Positions 17,733 through 26,372 of a stretch of 64,000 bases of DNA are shown in pieces. Below the pieces are notes generated by a model. It did not search any database. It worked only from the letters and a program-made list of their open reading frames with translations, and was not told the origin of the DNA. Each line of letters starts with the position of its first letter. Positions within the stretch are counted from its first letter, which is position 1. A program made the position numbers and the translations under genes. The stretch is from a virus: the UHGV virus genome UHGV-0232937; one strand, written 5' to 3'.

Positions 17733-17949
17733 TTATGTGGTTTCGTTAAAAAATGCACCGAAAACCTCTTTTGCTTTCCGGTTATAAACGGATTTTGCTT
17801 CCGGCTTCACTTCCAGGAGACATAGGGCCGCGCTGAACTTTCCAATACACTTTACCTGTAGATGTATCAACATCTACAAAATTCAGAAGAGATTCGATCC
17901 CTTGAATCTCTTCATGTATGGTTCTTGATGAATAGCCATGACTTTTCAT
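17733..17949 (-). pseudogene. internally deleted HNH-AP2 homing endonuclease
   Basis: N-terminus ..VDVDTSTGKVYWKVQRGPMSPGSEAG joined out of frame to an AP2-like tail EAKSVYNRKAKEVFGAFFNETT*. Confidence 0.7.
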
Positions 17950-18407
17950 TACATACCCAGCGAAATTACGTGAATATATGCTAATGGATGTTTCTTTTGT
18001 ACACAATGCATGAGTGTATTATACACAATGTCCATGCGTTCATTGCGCGTAAGATCACACTCATCAAAAATAAGGTTTATTGCCTGGTGCTCTATTCGAC
18101 GTCCACGGAAATGATTAAGAATTGCCCCTTTACTGGTCAATACATCACATCCGGTAGCACCATTTAGCTGTTTGGCGTCTTGTGCTGCATTTAACGTATG
18201 CGCTACGTAAATGTTAAGGGAACTATGGGAACGTTTCATAAAATCAAACGCGCCTTTAGTCTTTTGCGTTTCTCTGCCCAGATCCAGCCTGGTTTCGAAT
18301 ACCATAAAATCGTTAGGGCCGTAATTATGCGTTGGTTCTTCCAACTCTCGCATAAGATGCATCTTACGACATTCTTCAATTGTCTTTACATAAAATTCAC
18401 TATTCAT
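17949..18407 (-). CDS. hypothetical protein (degenerate P-loop-like: LGRETQKT, LIFDE)
   Basis: 152 aa, AAGG RBS. Confidence 0.65.
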   Translation of the reverse strand: MNSEFYVKTIEECRKMHLMRELEEPTHNYGPNDFMVFETRLDLGRETQKTKGAFDFMKRSHSSLNIYVAHTLNAAQDAKQLNGATGCDVLTSKGAILNHFRGRRIEHQAINLIFDECDLTRNERMDIVYNTLMHCVQKKHPLAYIHVISLGM

Positions 18408-18418
18408 GTTTTACCTTT

Positions 18419-18437
18419 AAGGGGCCAAAGCCCCTTT
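18419..18437 (-). terminator. intrinsic terminator
   Basis: AAGGGGC-TTTG-GCCCCTT downstream of the endolysin. Confidence 0.6.
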
Positions 18438-18438
18438 G

Positions 18439-18834
18439 TTACGCTAATTCCACATGCGGGGCATCAATGAATTTTGTTTCGATCGGAAGGTTCGGATCAT
18501 TTTTCCAGTTGATACCAAAACGCAGTTTAACACCCAGTTCATCACCTGCTTGTTTAACAGCATTCAGGACAGGCAACCACACTTTAGGGTTTGTTTGCCA
18601 GCCTTGAGGCAACACGCTAGGATACAGATCCACCGCATCACCCGTGATGTGTTTTGAGTTCATTGTTTGAGATACACCCTTACGGACATTCTCGCGCTGT
18701 TGTTCTACAGTACGCAGACCTTCACGTACACCAAAATCAACAGGAGACAGTTGCAGAGCACGTTCTACGACTTTCACCAGTTGAGGTTTAACGCCTTTAA
18801 GGTTGTTAAGGCTTTTTTGACTGAATTTAAACAT
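18439..18834 (-). CDS. endolysin, L-alanyl-D-glutamate peptidase (M15C)
   Basis: EGLRTVEQQ, SKHITGDAVD (SxHxxGxAxD), DAPHVEL. T5/RB43/RB49-type endolysin. Confidence 0.92.
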   Translation of the reverse strand: MFKFSQKSLNNLKGVKPQLVKVVERALQLSPVDFGVREGLRTVEQQRENVRKGVSQTMNSKHITGDAVDLYPSVLPQGWQTNPKVWLPVLNAVKQAGDELGVKLRFGINWKNDPNLPIETKFIDAPHVELA

Positions 18835-18847
18835 AAATCACCTCTTG

Positions 18848-18883
18848 TAAAAATACCCTGTTTGGGTACACAGGGTATTTATG
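18848..18883 (-). promoter_or_regulatory. late promoter overlapping a terminator-like hairpin
   Basis: CATAAATA overlaps the 5' arm of AAATACCCTGT/ACAGGGTATTT-TT. Confidence 0.65.
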
Positions 18884-18905
18884 GTTTAAGAGGTTCGATA
18901 ATTAA

Positions 18906-19301
18906 TTAGTAAAGGTCACCGAAACATTCGTCATATTCACGTTTACGTTCGATTTGCTCGTTTCTACGATCTTCCATATAGGGAGGAAGACGGTCTTCAT
19001 TGACTTCATCAATGTAAGCCTGTGCATCCTCTTTTGTTAGAAAGAGTGCATGGAAGTTATATCCGTTGTACCCGTCCATACTGCGATCTTTAAGAGAGAA
19101 TTCTGTGTGATAATCCCAGTCTTTGTACAGAGTGATACATTTAGCAAACAGCCCAATACCGCGATGAATGTATGGGAATCCAGTAACAATCATCTTGCTA
19201 CCCATTTCCGCATTTTCTCCGTTCACGCAGAATACTTCATACATGATCGCACCAGGTTTCACATCTTTCTTAACAGCACGTTTTTCAAAAGCACTTTTCA
19301 T
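18906..19301 (-). CDS. early hypothetical protein
   Basis: 131 aa, GAGAGG RBS. Confidence 0.7.
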   Translation of the reverse strand: MKSAFEKRAVKKDVKPGAIMYEVFCVNGENAEMGSKMIVTGFPYIHRGIGLFAKCITLYKDWDYHTEFSLKDRSMDGYNGYNFHALFLTKEDAQAYIDEVNEDRLPPYMEDRRNEQIERKREYDECFGDLY

Positions 19302-19330
19302 AATATATTCCTCTCAATTGGTGTAACTAC

Positions 19331-19359
19331 AGATTACTAGTTTATTTTCTGGATGTCAA
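19331..19359 (-). promoter_or_regulatory. sigma70-like early promoter
   Basis: TTGACA-17-TAATCT. Confidence 0.65.
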
Positions 19360-19679
19360 CAAGGTTTATCGTTTTTTGACGGAAAAGTTAAAGTGAACAA
19401 ACGATCATGAAGGTTGTCGATCCGTTCACAAGCCTGTTTCAGTATGGTTTTATCACCATCATTTGTTGTTTCAATGCATCCAAGTTCATCAGCGTCAATG
19501 TTCACTACATCGCTCATCAAAGAAGCAAACACGTTAGCATCAGGATGTAACAGTTCTTCAATTTCGGCCTTCATGCCGTCGTGTTCAGAAAGGATATCAA
19601 TAATATCGCGGGTTAAATCTCCCTGGTACGGGAACCCTGTTTCTAAATGATTAATGATCCTTTGTGCTTTCGTAATCAT
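19356..19679 (-). CDS. hypothetical protein
   Basis: 107 aa. Confidence 0.65.
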   Translation of the reverse strand: MITKAQRIINHLETGFPYQGDLTRDIIDILSEHDGMKAEIEELLHPDANVFASLMSDVVNIDADELGCIETTNDGDKTILKQACERIDNLHDRLFTLTFPSKNDKPC

Positions 19680-19691
19680 AATTTTACCTAC

Positions 19692-19712
19692 AAAAAAGCC
19701 CCTTTCGGGGCT
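19692..19712 (-). terminator. intrinsic terminator
   Basis: AGCCCC-GAAA-GGGGCTTTTTT. Confidence 0.8.
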
Positions 19713-19718
19713 AGTTAA

Positions 19719-19982
19719 TTAGAGTTCACAGCAACGGCACACACCGTATTTTGTAAATGGAGCATCACCGCTAACGTAGGCCCAGAAATCACATGCTTCT
19801 TCGGCAGTATCGAAGATTGCGGCATCATAGAACCCGTGGGCTTCGTTACCGTTCTCATCGATGAAAACCGGAGTCCAGATATTAGGATTGAAGCAATCGT
19901 CAACAACAACCCAACCTTCTTTAGCTTTCATTGCTTCTTTGTTGGCTTCGATGTGAGCTAAGATTTCGTTCATGATGTCCAT
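19719..19982 (-). CDS. acidic early hypothetical protein
   Basis: 87 aa, AGGAG RBS, monocistronic unit with its own promoter and terminator. Confidence 0.7.
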   Translation of the reverse strand: MDIMNEILAHIEANKEAMKAKEGWVVVDDCFNPNIWTPVFIDENGNEAHGFYDAAIFDTAEEACDFWAYVSGDAPFTKYGVCRCCEL

Positions 19983-20019
19983 TTTTCTCTCCTAAAGTGT
20001 GTTTCGTTTCGACAGGGCT

Positions 20020-20048
20020 ATAGTCTCATAACCCCGTATCTACGTCAA
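20020..20048 (-). promoter_or_regulatory. sigma70-like early promoter
   Basis: TTGACG-17-GACTAT (extended TG), then the GAAACGAAAC leader. Confidence 0.6.
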
Positions 20049-20051
20049 CAC

Positions 20052-20312
20052 TTATTTGAAGCGAATTGTACTATTTTTGAAAAATAGTCCAGAGCACACA
20101 GCACCTTCAATTTTCACCCCTGTAGGGCTTTTAGCAACGAACCCTGTTGCGTAGGTGTCTTTCTCATCACATGCGAACCAGGCGTGGCCTGTGTACGTGA
20201 TATCGCTAAACCCGTTAGCAGTCAGAATACGTTCGGCTTCTTTCTCATCGGTGCATCCGGATTGTGCTAAAACGACAATAACGACTAACACCAAAGCAAT
20301 AATATATTTCAT
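20052..20312 (-). CDS. putative lipoprotein
   Basis: Hydrophobic signal ending QSGC, followed by a Cys-containing phage-type body. Confidence 0.7.
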   Translation of the reverse strand: MKYIIALVLVVIVVLAQSGCTDEKEAERILTANGFSDITYTGHAWFACDEKDTYATGFVAKSPTGVKIEGAVCSGLFFKNSTIRFK

Positions 20313-20313
20313 G

Positions 20314-20745
20314 TTAAACTCTTTTTAAGTTGGTTTTACTGGCTTCAATCCAGTACACGGGATCAGAATAGTTACCGCACATACCCAGTAACACAGTTGT
20401 ACATCCTAAATGATCGGAAGGTCTCAATCCATCAGGATGAAAAGGCAATTCGTTAACACCGATACTGGTAGCAAAAAGAGCACCTCCAGTACTGTAAAAT
20501 GTTTTGATATGATCGTATGCATCATCAGGCCACTGAAAACGATAAGTTTTATTGTCAATGGTTACTGTATACATATCATATTCCGTAAACAACGGATCTT
20601 TTCCTTGTGTTGCCCCATACAGAGCGCCGCGCCATTCAACCAGATTTGCTTCAATGTCGCTTACACAAATTTCGTTACCCATACGCAAATCATGAAGGAT
20701 CCCTTCAATGGTACGAATAGCCCCACTAAGTTCATTAGTTAACAT
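20314..20745 (-). CDS. hypothetical protein
   Basis: 143 aa, AAGGA RBS. Confidence 0.65.
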   Translation of the reverse strand: MLTNELSGAIRTIEGILHDLRMGNEICVSDIEANLVEWRGALYGATQGKDPLFTEYDMYTVTIDNKTYRFQWPDDAYDHIKTFYSTGGALFATSIGVNELPFHPDGLRPSDHLGCTTVLLGMCGNYSDPVYWIEASKTNLKRV

Positions 20746-20756
20746 AGAGTTTCCTT

Positions 20757-21011
20757 TTAAAGTCTTTCCAGCATATCAGGCCCGAATGCCATAACAAAAG
20801 AACCCCTCAACGCTTGCCACTTTTTATGGAGGCGCTTAGGTACGTTTACTTGCAAACGATCCATTTTACGAATAAGTTCTAATGCATCGTTGCTTGTGAT
20901 TTCATTGTAACCTGGATTTATTGTTGCGATCCCATATCTAAACGCCATTCCAGCTTCGGTATTTCCAACAAAAACAGAGGCTTTCATTTCATCAAAAGAT
21001 TGTTCAAACAT
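20757..21011 (-). CDS. hypothetical protein
   Basis: 84 aa, AAGGA RBS. Confidence 0.6.
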   Translation of the reverse strand: MFEQSFDEMKASVFVGNTEAGMAFRYGIATINPGYNEITSNDALELIRKMDRLQVNVPKRLHKKWQALRGSFVMAFGPDMLERL

Positions 21012-21024
21012 GAGATCAGTTCCT

Positions 21025-21198
21025 TTAAATTGGTTTAATGGTTTTCAGGTGTAGTTTAGCATAAGAAGAACCAAATGAGTTACCATTATGATCAAACTTA
21101 TGTTCTTCACTCTTCCAGTATTTCCCCGATTTCATCAAGGGTATACGCTTCTTACCTGCTGTTATCGTTTCAACCATTCCAGTATGAGTGAATGTCAT
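21025..21198 (-). CDS. 57-aa hypothetical protein
   Basis: MTFTHTGMVETITAGKKRIPLMKSGKYW...LHLKTIKPI. ATGA-coupled, below the track cutoff. Confidence 0.55.
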   Translation of the reverse strand: MTFTHTGMVETITAGKKRIPLMKSGKYWKSEEHKFDHNGNSFGSSYAKLHLKTIKPI

Positions 21199-21542
21199 GA
21201 TATACCCTCTTCTTTCAGCACTTCCCAGATCAGCTTATCAAGGTGCATCAGGTTCCACATAACAGAGTCATAAGAACCCAGTGAGCGGGAGTAAATCACT
21301 CCCCATGAACGGTAGCTTTTCTGGAATGCTTCTGCACTATCTGTATCATACGGCATATCATCACCGGACGCAATCAAAAGGTTTAGGATCATCAGACTGT
21401 TCAGAAGTTTTGAACTAGCGTCTTGTGCTTGTAATTTTGCACAATAATTTTCAATAATCGCTTTTGCCTTTGGTTCAGTGATGCGCCCGTTTTTGCATCG
21501 CTCTTTATACACGTACATAAGTTCATCGATTATTTCTTGCAT
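21195..21542 (-). CDS. hypothetical protein
   Basis: 115 aa. Confidence 0.6.
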   Translation of the reverse strand: MQEIIDELMYVYKERCKNGRITEPKAKAIIENYCAKLQAQDASSKLLNSLMILNLLIASGDDMPYDTDSAEAFQKSYRSWGVIYSRSLGSYDSVMWNLMHLDKLIWEVLKEEGIS

Positions 21543-21870
21543 ACATTCTTTCCTTCTGTTCTGTGCTCATGCCATACAACTGAGAGCGTATACGGTCTTG
21601 TATACGACGCGTTTCGTTTTGCATCAGTTGGTTTGAAAGAATCAAATCGACTACCGCGCCGCGAACTTTCCATAGATAATCAATCATCGCCATATCTTCA
21701 TCAGTATGGAAACCCTTCGCATCACATTCATAGATAATGCTTTGCCTTTCCGCCATTGCCATTTCTGCTGTCGCCGGAGTAGCCAGAGAATATTCATACT
21801 TCTCGATCAATGATTCCAGTGTACGTGGTTTTACGGGAATGTCAACAGTTATTGGATTGATTTTTATCAT
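21523..21870 (-). CDS. hypothetical protein
   Basis: 115 aa, ATGA-coupled to the radical SAM gene. Confidence 0.6.
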   Translation of the reverse strand: MIKINPITVDIPVKPRTLESLIEKYEYSLATPATAEMAMAERQSIIYECDAKGFHTDEDMAMIDYLWKVRGAVVDLILSNQLMQNETRRIQDRIRSQLYGMSTEQKERMYARNNR

Positions 21871-23000
21871 TTCAATTCCACCGCGTATACATCCAATTCA
21901 GGGGCTTTGTGTACGCGCATATCTTTACCACATACAGCATAAGCCGGACAGTTACGGCAACCGTTATGATCCTTGTTACCAATCAATTCCTGACGGAATT
22001 TCTTAGTTTTAGGATGTTCCCAGATATCTTTGATAAAGTCGCTGGCTTCCAGGACGTTAAGCCCTTCTGACCATCCACCCTCGACCCAACGTTCGGTAAA
22101 GGAACAAGGGAAGAATTCACCCTTTTCATTGATGTACGAACTAAACATAGTAGCTTCGCAATCTTCCGCATACTGTTTGTACTGTTCAAAATTTTCATGC
22201 CCTTCCATAGCCTCTACAAAGGCCGGAGCGGAACAGGAATCAAAACCGAACCCTACACCAGATTCAAGGCAATACTCTACCAGCGCTTTATACTGCTCGC
22301 GTGTAACGGTATCCCAGTTCTTCCCACGGCCTTTTTGTTTCAGACCCAGGAATACGATCGCGTTAACTTGTTTCAAGCGAGGATCATTCTTCACCGCATC
22401 AACCACGTTAAACGCATCATCATAGGTTTTAGAGCTAACCATGAAATGAAGGTTGATTTGCTGTTGTCCGGCTTCCGCCAGATTAGCCGCTGAATTAAAC
22501 GCGACATCGAATCCAGCATGTTTGTATACTGATACCGCAACAGCCCCAGCAACAGCCGCTAAACGCGCTGCAACGTCTTTTGATATAAGGTTTGGTACAA
22601 TGCCTTTAGAACGCGCATAGGCCATCATATCAAACATATCAGGGTTTGTTTGTCCCTGTGCATCAGCACCGAGGGCGCATTGTGTTAACCAGGGCATTTT
22701 ATCAATGATAGATTTGAATGTATCAAGATCCATATTGAAGCCGTTAGGGTTATTAGACTTGTAGCAGAAACCGCAAAGTTTACCAGCAGGGCCATTGCAT
22801 TTAGTTGTGATCTCGATATCGAGAATTTCGGGGAAGGGGGCATAGGTAGGATCAGTTTCGAACGATGTTCCCCAGCGAGCAAACTCACCAGTTTTAACGT
22901 TGAAATTGTAGTTATACCACTTAGAGCGAGCGTAACGGATATCACCATCTTGATAGATGAACAGGGTAGGAGCTTTCAGAACAGTTTGTGCGTTATTCAT
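21867..23000 (-). CDS. radical SAM protein with SPASM/twitch-type C-terminal domain
   Basis: DIEITTKCNGPAGKLCGFCY (Cx7Cx2C), FDSC, CEA, YINEKGEFFPCSF, CRNCPAYAVC. Likely start MNNAQ. Confidence 0.88.
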   Translation of the reverse strand: MNNAQTVLKAPTLFIYQDGDIRYARSKWYNYNFNVKTGEFARWGTSFETDPTYAPFPEILDIEITTKCNGPAGKLCGFCYKSNNPNGFNMDLDTFKSIIDKMPWLTQCALGADAQGQTNPDMFDMMAYARSKGIVPNLISKDVAARLAAVAGAVAVSVYKHAGFDVAFNSAANLAEAGQQQINLHFMVSSKTYDDAFNVVDAVKNDPRLKQVNAIVFLGLKQKGRGKNWDTVTREQYKALVEYCLESGVGFGFDSCSAPAFVEAMEGHENFEQYKQYAEDCEATMFSSYINEKGEFFPCSFTERWVEGGWSEGLNVLEASDFIKDIWEHPKTKKFRQELIGNKDHNGCRNCPAYAVCGKDMRVHKAPELDVYAVELK

Positions 23001-23010
23001 AATATAATTC

Positions 23011-23226
23011 TCAAAATCTAACATGGGATTGGAAGACAGCGCGAGCGAGACTTTCATTATCAAACGGTATTGATTGGTGTTGTCCTTTGCTATCAATGTT
23101 AACGCGCCAAAATTCACTAGAACAATTTTCAGTGGAGTAGTTCAACAGCGTTACCGTTTTATTCTTTTCCAAAAATACGCGTTTGTCAATCTCTGTTTTG
23201 ATTACGTGTTCCATCATTTTACCCAC
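23011..23226 (-). CDS. hypothetical protein
   Basis: About 70 aa, fills the operon gap. Confidence 0.5.
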   Translation of the reverse strand: MGKMMEHVIKTEIDKRVFLEKNKTVTLLNYSTENCSSEFWRVNIDSKGQHQSIPFDNESLARAVFQSHVRF

Positions 23227-23471
23227 CGTTGTTTGCGTTCGTCAGCCAGTTCTTTTTTGTACACCTTGATGTATTCGCCGTTCAAGGCACGGAGATTTGA
23301 AAATACACGATTGAAAAGATTTTTCTTTTCTTTGTATGCCGGAGACATACGGATCGATTCAATAGTCATACCCATTTCATTTTTAGGATATGCTCTTAAC
23401 TCTGCGCCGATCTCATCAATCCATTTTTGGTACTGATCGCGCTGTGCTTTGTACTGTTCAAAAGTCAACAT
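23214..23471 (-). CDS. basic early hypothetical protein
   Basis: 85 aa, GAGG RBS, first gene after a promoter. Confidence 0.7.
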   Translation of the reverse strand: MLTFEQYKAQRDQYQKWIDEIGAELRAYPKNEMGMTIESIRMSPAYKEKKNLFNRVFSNLRALNGEYIKVYKKELADERKQRWVK

Positions 23472-23498
23472 ATAATTTCCTCACATTTCGTTGGGTTC

Positions 23499-23527
23499 AA
23501 TATAACCCTATAAAGAACCAAACGCAA
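23499..23527 (-). promoter_or_regulatory. sigma70-like early promoter
   Basis: TTGCGT-17-TATATT. Confidence 0.7.
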
Positions 23528-23530
23528 GAG

Positions 23531-23701
23531 TTATTTGTACTTCATAAAGAATTTAACTGCTTCTTCCGGTGTCATATCGTCAGAGAACAACCCGAAGAAA
23601 GTACGATGATGATCTTTGTACGAAATGTTAAGTGGGTTCAATAAACATCTAACCTCTTCAACCCATTGATAGTATTTTTTGCTGAACGGTTGATCTCTCA
23701 T
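23531..23701 (-). CDS. 56-aa protein, paralog 3 of tandem triplet
   Basis: MRDQPFSKKYYQWVEEVRCLL...GLFSDDMTPEEAVKFF. ATGA-coupled. Confidence 0.7.
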   Translation of the reverse strand: MRDQPFSKKYYQWVEEVRCLLNPLNISYKDHHRTFFGLFSDDMTPEEAVKFFMKYK

Positions 23702-23895
23702 TCTTCATCCCCTTGCGCGTAGTATTCACACACTGCATCTTCTGGGGTGCAACCGTCCGAGTAAAGAGCATACATCAGATCTTCGTCATAATCAGAAGAA
23801 CCCAGCATATGTTGAACAGAGCGTTTCCATTTGTTGTAATCTTTTTCGCCCTGGGTTTCGCTGTTTTCTGATTTAAGCATTTCGTACATGTTCAT
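23698..23895 (-). CDS. 65-aa protein, paralog 2 of tandem triplet
   Basis: YNKWKRSVQHMLG...ALYSDGCTPEDAVCEY. Confidence 0.75.
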   Translation of the reverse strand: MNMYEMLKSENSETQGEKDYNKWKRSVQHMLGSSDYDEDLMYALYSDGCTPEDAVCEYYAQGDEE

Positions 23896-24041
23896 AGGAA
23901 TCTCCCGTAGTCGGTTGCAGCATCTTCCGGATCCGCATCAAGTTCGTACAGTTCGCGAGCTAGTGCGCTGGGTTTAATATCGCGCCCTAAGTGGGCGCTA
24001 ACATTACGTAACCATTTCATATAGGGTTCGAATTTGTTCAT
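23892..24041 (-). CDS. 49-aa protein, paralog 1 of tandem triplet
   Basis: MNKFEPYMKWLRNVSAHLG...ELYELDADPEDAATDY. ATGA-coupled. Confidence 0.7.
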   Translation of the reverse strand: MNKFEPYMKWLRNVSAHLGRDIKPSALARELYELDADPEDAATDYGRFL

Positions 24042-24289
24042 TTTATACGTACCGCGTTAAAAGCATGGTTCCGGAGATCATACGCTTTTTCAAGCTGTTC
24101 TGTAGTGAACAGAGAACTATCAGAGTTTACTGTGAAACTGCAAATGGTTTTGTTGTCGGCGTTGACTTCTTCGACAACGATTTCATAACCCCAGATCCCG
24201 CTATACTCACATTTCACGTTCCGGTACTTGATGTAAACTGCTGCAACATCTTCTTTTTTGTAGTTCCGGCTTTTGTAGATAATTTCCAT
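24038..24289 (-). CDS. early hypothetical protein
   Basis: 83 aa, AGGAGG RBS, CGAAACGAA leader, extended -10 TGTTATTGT. Confidence 0.7.
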   Translation of the reverse strand: MEIIYKSRNYKKEDVAAVYIKYRNVKCEYSGIWGYEIVVEEVNADNKTICSFTVNSDSSLFTTEQLEKAYDLRNHAFNAVRIK

Positions 24290-24360
24290 GATATCCTCCT
24301 TCGTTTCGATGTGTGTACAATAACAGATTGGGGTTATAGAGTTTTAGCAATTCGTGCTAA

Positions 24361-24639
24361 TTATGCCATTTTCTTAGCGATTTTCCAGGCGGCTTTGAAT
24401 GCCGGAACATCTTCAATATCAACCCAGAAACCAGCACCAAAACCATCATCGTAGCAAGGGCAACCGTCGCAGTAATTTTCCCAGGTCATCACTTCACCAC
24501 CAACAGAAGCACCAGTTTCCATAGCGCGTAATGCATCTTCAACTTTTTCCAGTTTTTCTGCGTTGTTGTCATAAATGATGAAGTACCATTTTCCGTTGTA
24601 TTCGTTACCCAGTTTGATTGCTTCGCGAACAAGTTTCAT
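24361..24639 (-). CDS. conserved phage protein (DUF5417-like)
   Basis: MKLVREAIKLGNEYNGKW...YCDGCPCYDDGFG..FW...DVPAFK.AWK (family recalled). Confidence 0.7.
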   Translation of the reverse strand: MKLVREAIKLGNEYNGKWYFIIYDNNAEKLEKVEDALRAMETGASVGGEVMTWENYCDGCPCYDDGFGAGFWVDIEDVPAFKAAWKIAKKMA

Positions 24640-24677
24640 GATGATTTCCTTTTTGTCTGTTTCGTTTCTATGTGTGT

Positions 24678-24715
24678 AATATAACAAAACCCCTAACCAT
24701 AGGCAAGGGGTTTTT
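24678..24715 (-). promoter_or_regulatory. PeSL-like promoter/hairpin
   Basis: AAAAACCCC-TTGCCT...AGGGGTTTT, 17 bp, TATATT, then the ACACACATAGAAACGAAAC leader. Confidence 0.85.
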
Positions 24716-24722
24716 GCAAAAA

Positions 24723-24980
24723 TTATCGTTTGATCGGGGTATTATCTATAACCCGTTGAATTTCCGAACGCATCGTAGAATACTGGCACAATTCGGTAAG
24801 CGCCCGATCCAGGTGCATCATAGCGTAAGAAAACTCTTTTCCGCATTTGTCGCATCTAGCGTATAAATGTAAATGAATTCGCCCGATCCCATCTACCTGA
24901 CTATATTTCTGGAATATGTAAGGATCTGCACCTCGATAGCCAGTAGCTTCGTGCTTACACTCTCGTTTGAACCATGACAT
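24723..24980 (-). CDS. small Zn-binding hypothetical protein
   Basis: CKH...CDKCG. Confidence 0.6.
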   Translation of the reverse strand: MSWFKRECKHEATGYRGADPYIFQKYSQVDGIGRIHLHLYARCDKCGKEFSYAMMHLDRALTELCQYSTMRSEIQRVIDNTPIKR

Positions 24981-25555
24981 TAATAATATCCTTGTACGTT
25001 GAAGCGATCACATAACAATTTTCTTGTTTGGTTAGTATCGCTTTGGATAGAATGCAACATAGCGCTGATCATGTTTAGGTTATTTTGCATCATTTCCGCG
25101 CTCATGAGAACTTCCATACGCGCACGTAAGCGTTTATTTTCTTCTTCCAACTCAACCATACGGTCATATGCTTTGATGCGCTCTAAGGGCATATCAGGAC
25201 GCTCTTTGAGTACGCGAGCACGTTCAACCTCACAAGCATGATTTGCTTTCCAGTGGTTCGATTCCGCTTCAAATTTATTAAGGCGGCGGATCTCTTCAAC
25301 CAGCTTTTTGATCATGTGTGGATCCATCATGTCGATGAATTTCATCAAGCAATTGGATTTTGTTTGGTTGTCAGCAACAGACCAAGACGAATTATACGTA
25401 ACCGTAAACGTGCGGCCCATTTCATCAACAACCCCGATCTTGTTATCATCGGTGATTGTAGCCGCCCATTTATCCCGCATGGCTGTACAGGTTCCACTGG
25501 CGACACTATGCAACTTGTTTAATGTTGCGTCATCAAACACAATTTCATCACTCAT
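24980..25555 (-). CDS. Ead/Ea22-like protein
   Basis: FIDMMDPHMIKKLVEEIRRL resembles the Ead/Ea22 core, followed by a coiled coil. Confidence 0.5.
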   Translation of the reverse strand: MSDEIVFDDATLNKLHSVASGTCTAMRDKWAATITDDNKIGVVDEMGRTFTVTYNSSWSVADNQTKSNCLMKFIDMMDPHMIKKLVEEIRRLNKFEAESNHWKANHACEVERARVLKERPDMPLERIKAYDRMVELEEENKRLRARMEVLMSAEMMQNNLNMISAMLHSIQSDTNQTRKLLCDRFNVQGYY

Positions 25556-25562
25556 GTATGCC

Positions 25563-25961
25563 TCACATAGATTTCAAAATACGCAGAAGTGCGTTAGTAA
25601 AGATATCAGGAACACAACCACCAAACAACTTATGATTCATCAGCGCTAATTTCATGCTGTGATTTTCAGTATATCGCCCGTTATGGATCCCCCAGGCAAC
25701 GACATTACCAGGTTCATGAATAACTAAGTTAGTGAGAGTAACGGTCATGCGCTCTTTATCATTGATAGAGAATGAATAGCAGTAACCGGATCCGATGTCG
25801 CCGTAAAGGTTAAGGTCTTTCAATTTCCCTTGCTCATGCAAGCGTTTCATATGAACTGCACATGCATGATTAATAGTCATTTCGTCATCCCTAGCCCAGT
25901 CATCAATACCAGAGGTATAACGAATATTGAAATAGTTAGTCAGTTCATTTGATACGCTCAT
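25563..25961 (-). CDS. hypothetical protein
   Basis: GAGG RBS before MSVSNEL. Confidence 0.65.
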   Translation of the reverse strand: MSVSNELTNYFNIRYTSGIDDWARDDEMTINHACAVHMKRLHEQGKLKDLNLYGDIGSGYCYSFSINDKERMTVTLTNLVIHEPGNVVAWGIHNGRYTENHSMKLALMNHKLFGGCVPDIFTNALLRILKSM

Positions 25962-26139
25962 TAGAAACCTCACTTTTATAAAATTCTTTACCAGACCCAT
26001 TACAGCTACTGCATTTGGGGGAACGGTTGTTATCATACCGCCCTGATCCATTACATGCAACACATTTCCGTAATTTCCAGCCATACACGAACCGCATGTA
26101 ATAATCGGTTCGTGCGGCCTTGCGTTCGTGGAAATTCAT
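25945..26139 (-). CDS. small CxxCxGxG (DnaJ-type Zn finger) protein
   Basis: CVACNGSG and CSSCNGSG. Confidence 0.7.
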   Translation of the reverse strand: MNFHERKAARTDYYMRFVYGWKLRKCVACNGSGRYDNNRSPKCSSCNGSGKEFYKSEVSNERIK

Positions 26140-26336
26140 ACTTTGTAAACCTGAACCAACCACATTTCGATGTTAGGCGCGTAAGTAACGTTTACCTTAT
26201 GCATAGTGCGGTATTTGTAAGCGGCTTTGTACGCATCGAGTTCAGTCGGAACACAGAAAGAGAAACCGTTATCATAGCGTTCTGCGTTAGAAACTTCACA
26301 ACCAACTACAGCGGCAATGTTTTTATTCATGTTCAT
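26136..26336 (-). CDS. early hypothetical protein
   Basis: 66 aa, AAGGA RBS, first gene after a PeSL. Confidence 0.7.
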   Translation of the reverse strand: MNMNKNIAAVVGCEVSNAERYDNGFSFCVPTELDAYKAAYKYRTMHKVNVTYAPNIEMWLVQVYKV

Positions 26337-26372
26337 GATATTTTCCTTTCTCTGTTTCGTTTCGATGTGTGT

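Noticed and set aside
23001..23117. N-terminal extension of the radical SAM ORF
   Set aside because: Overlaps the upstream ORF 23011-23226. ATG at 23000 has the plausible RBS.
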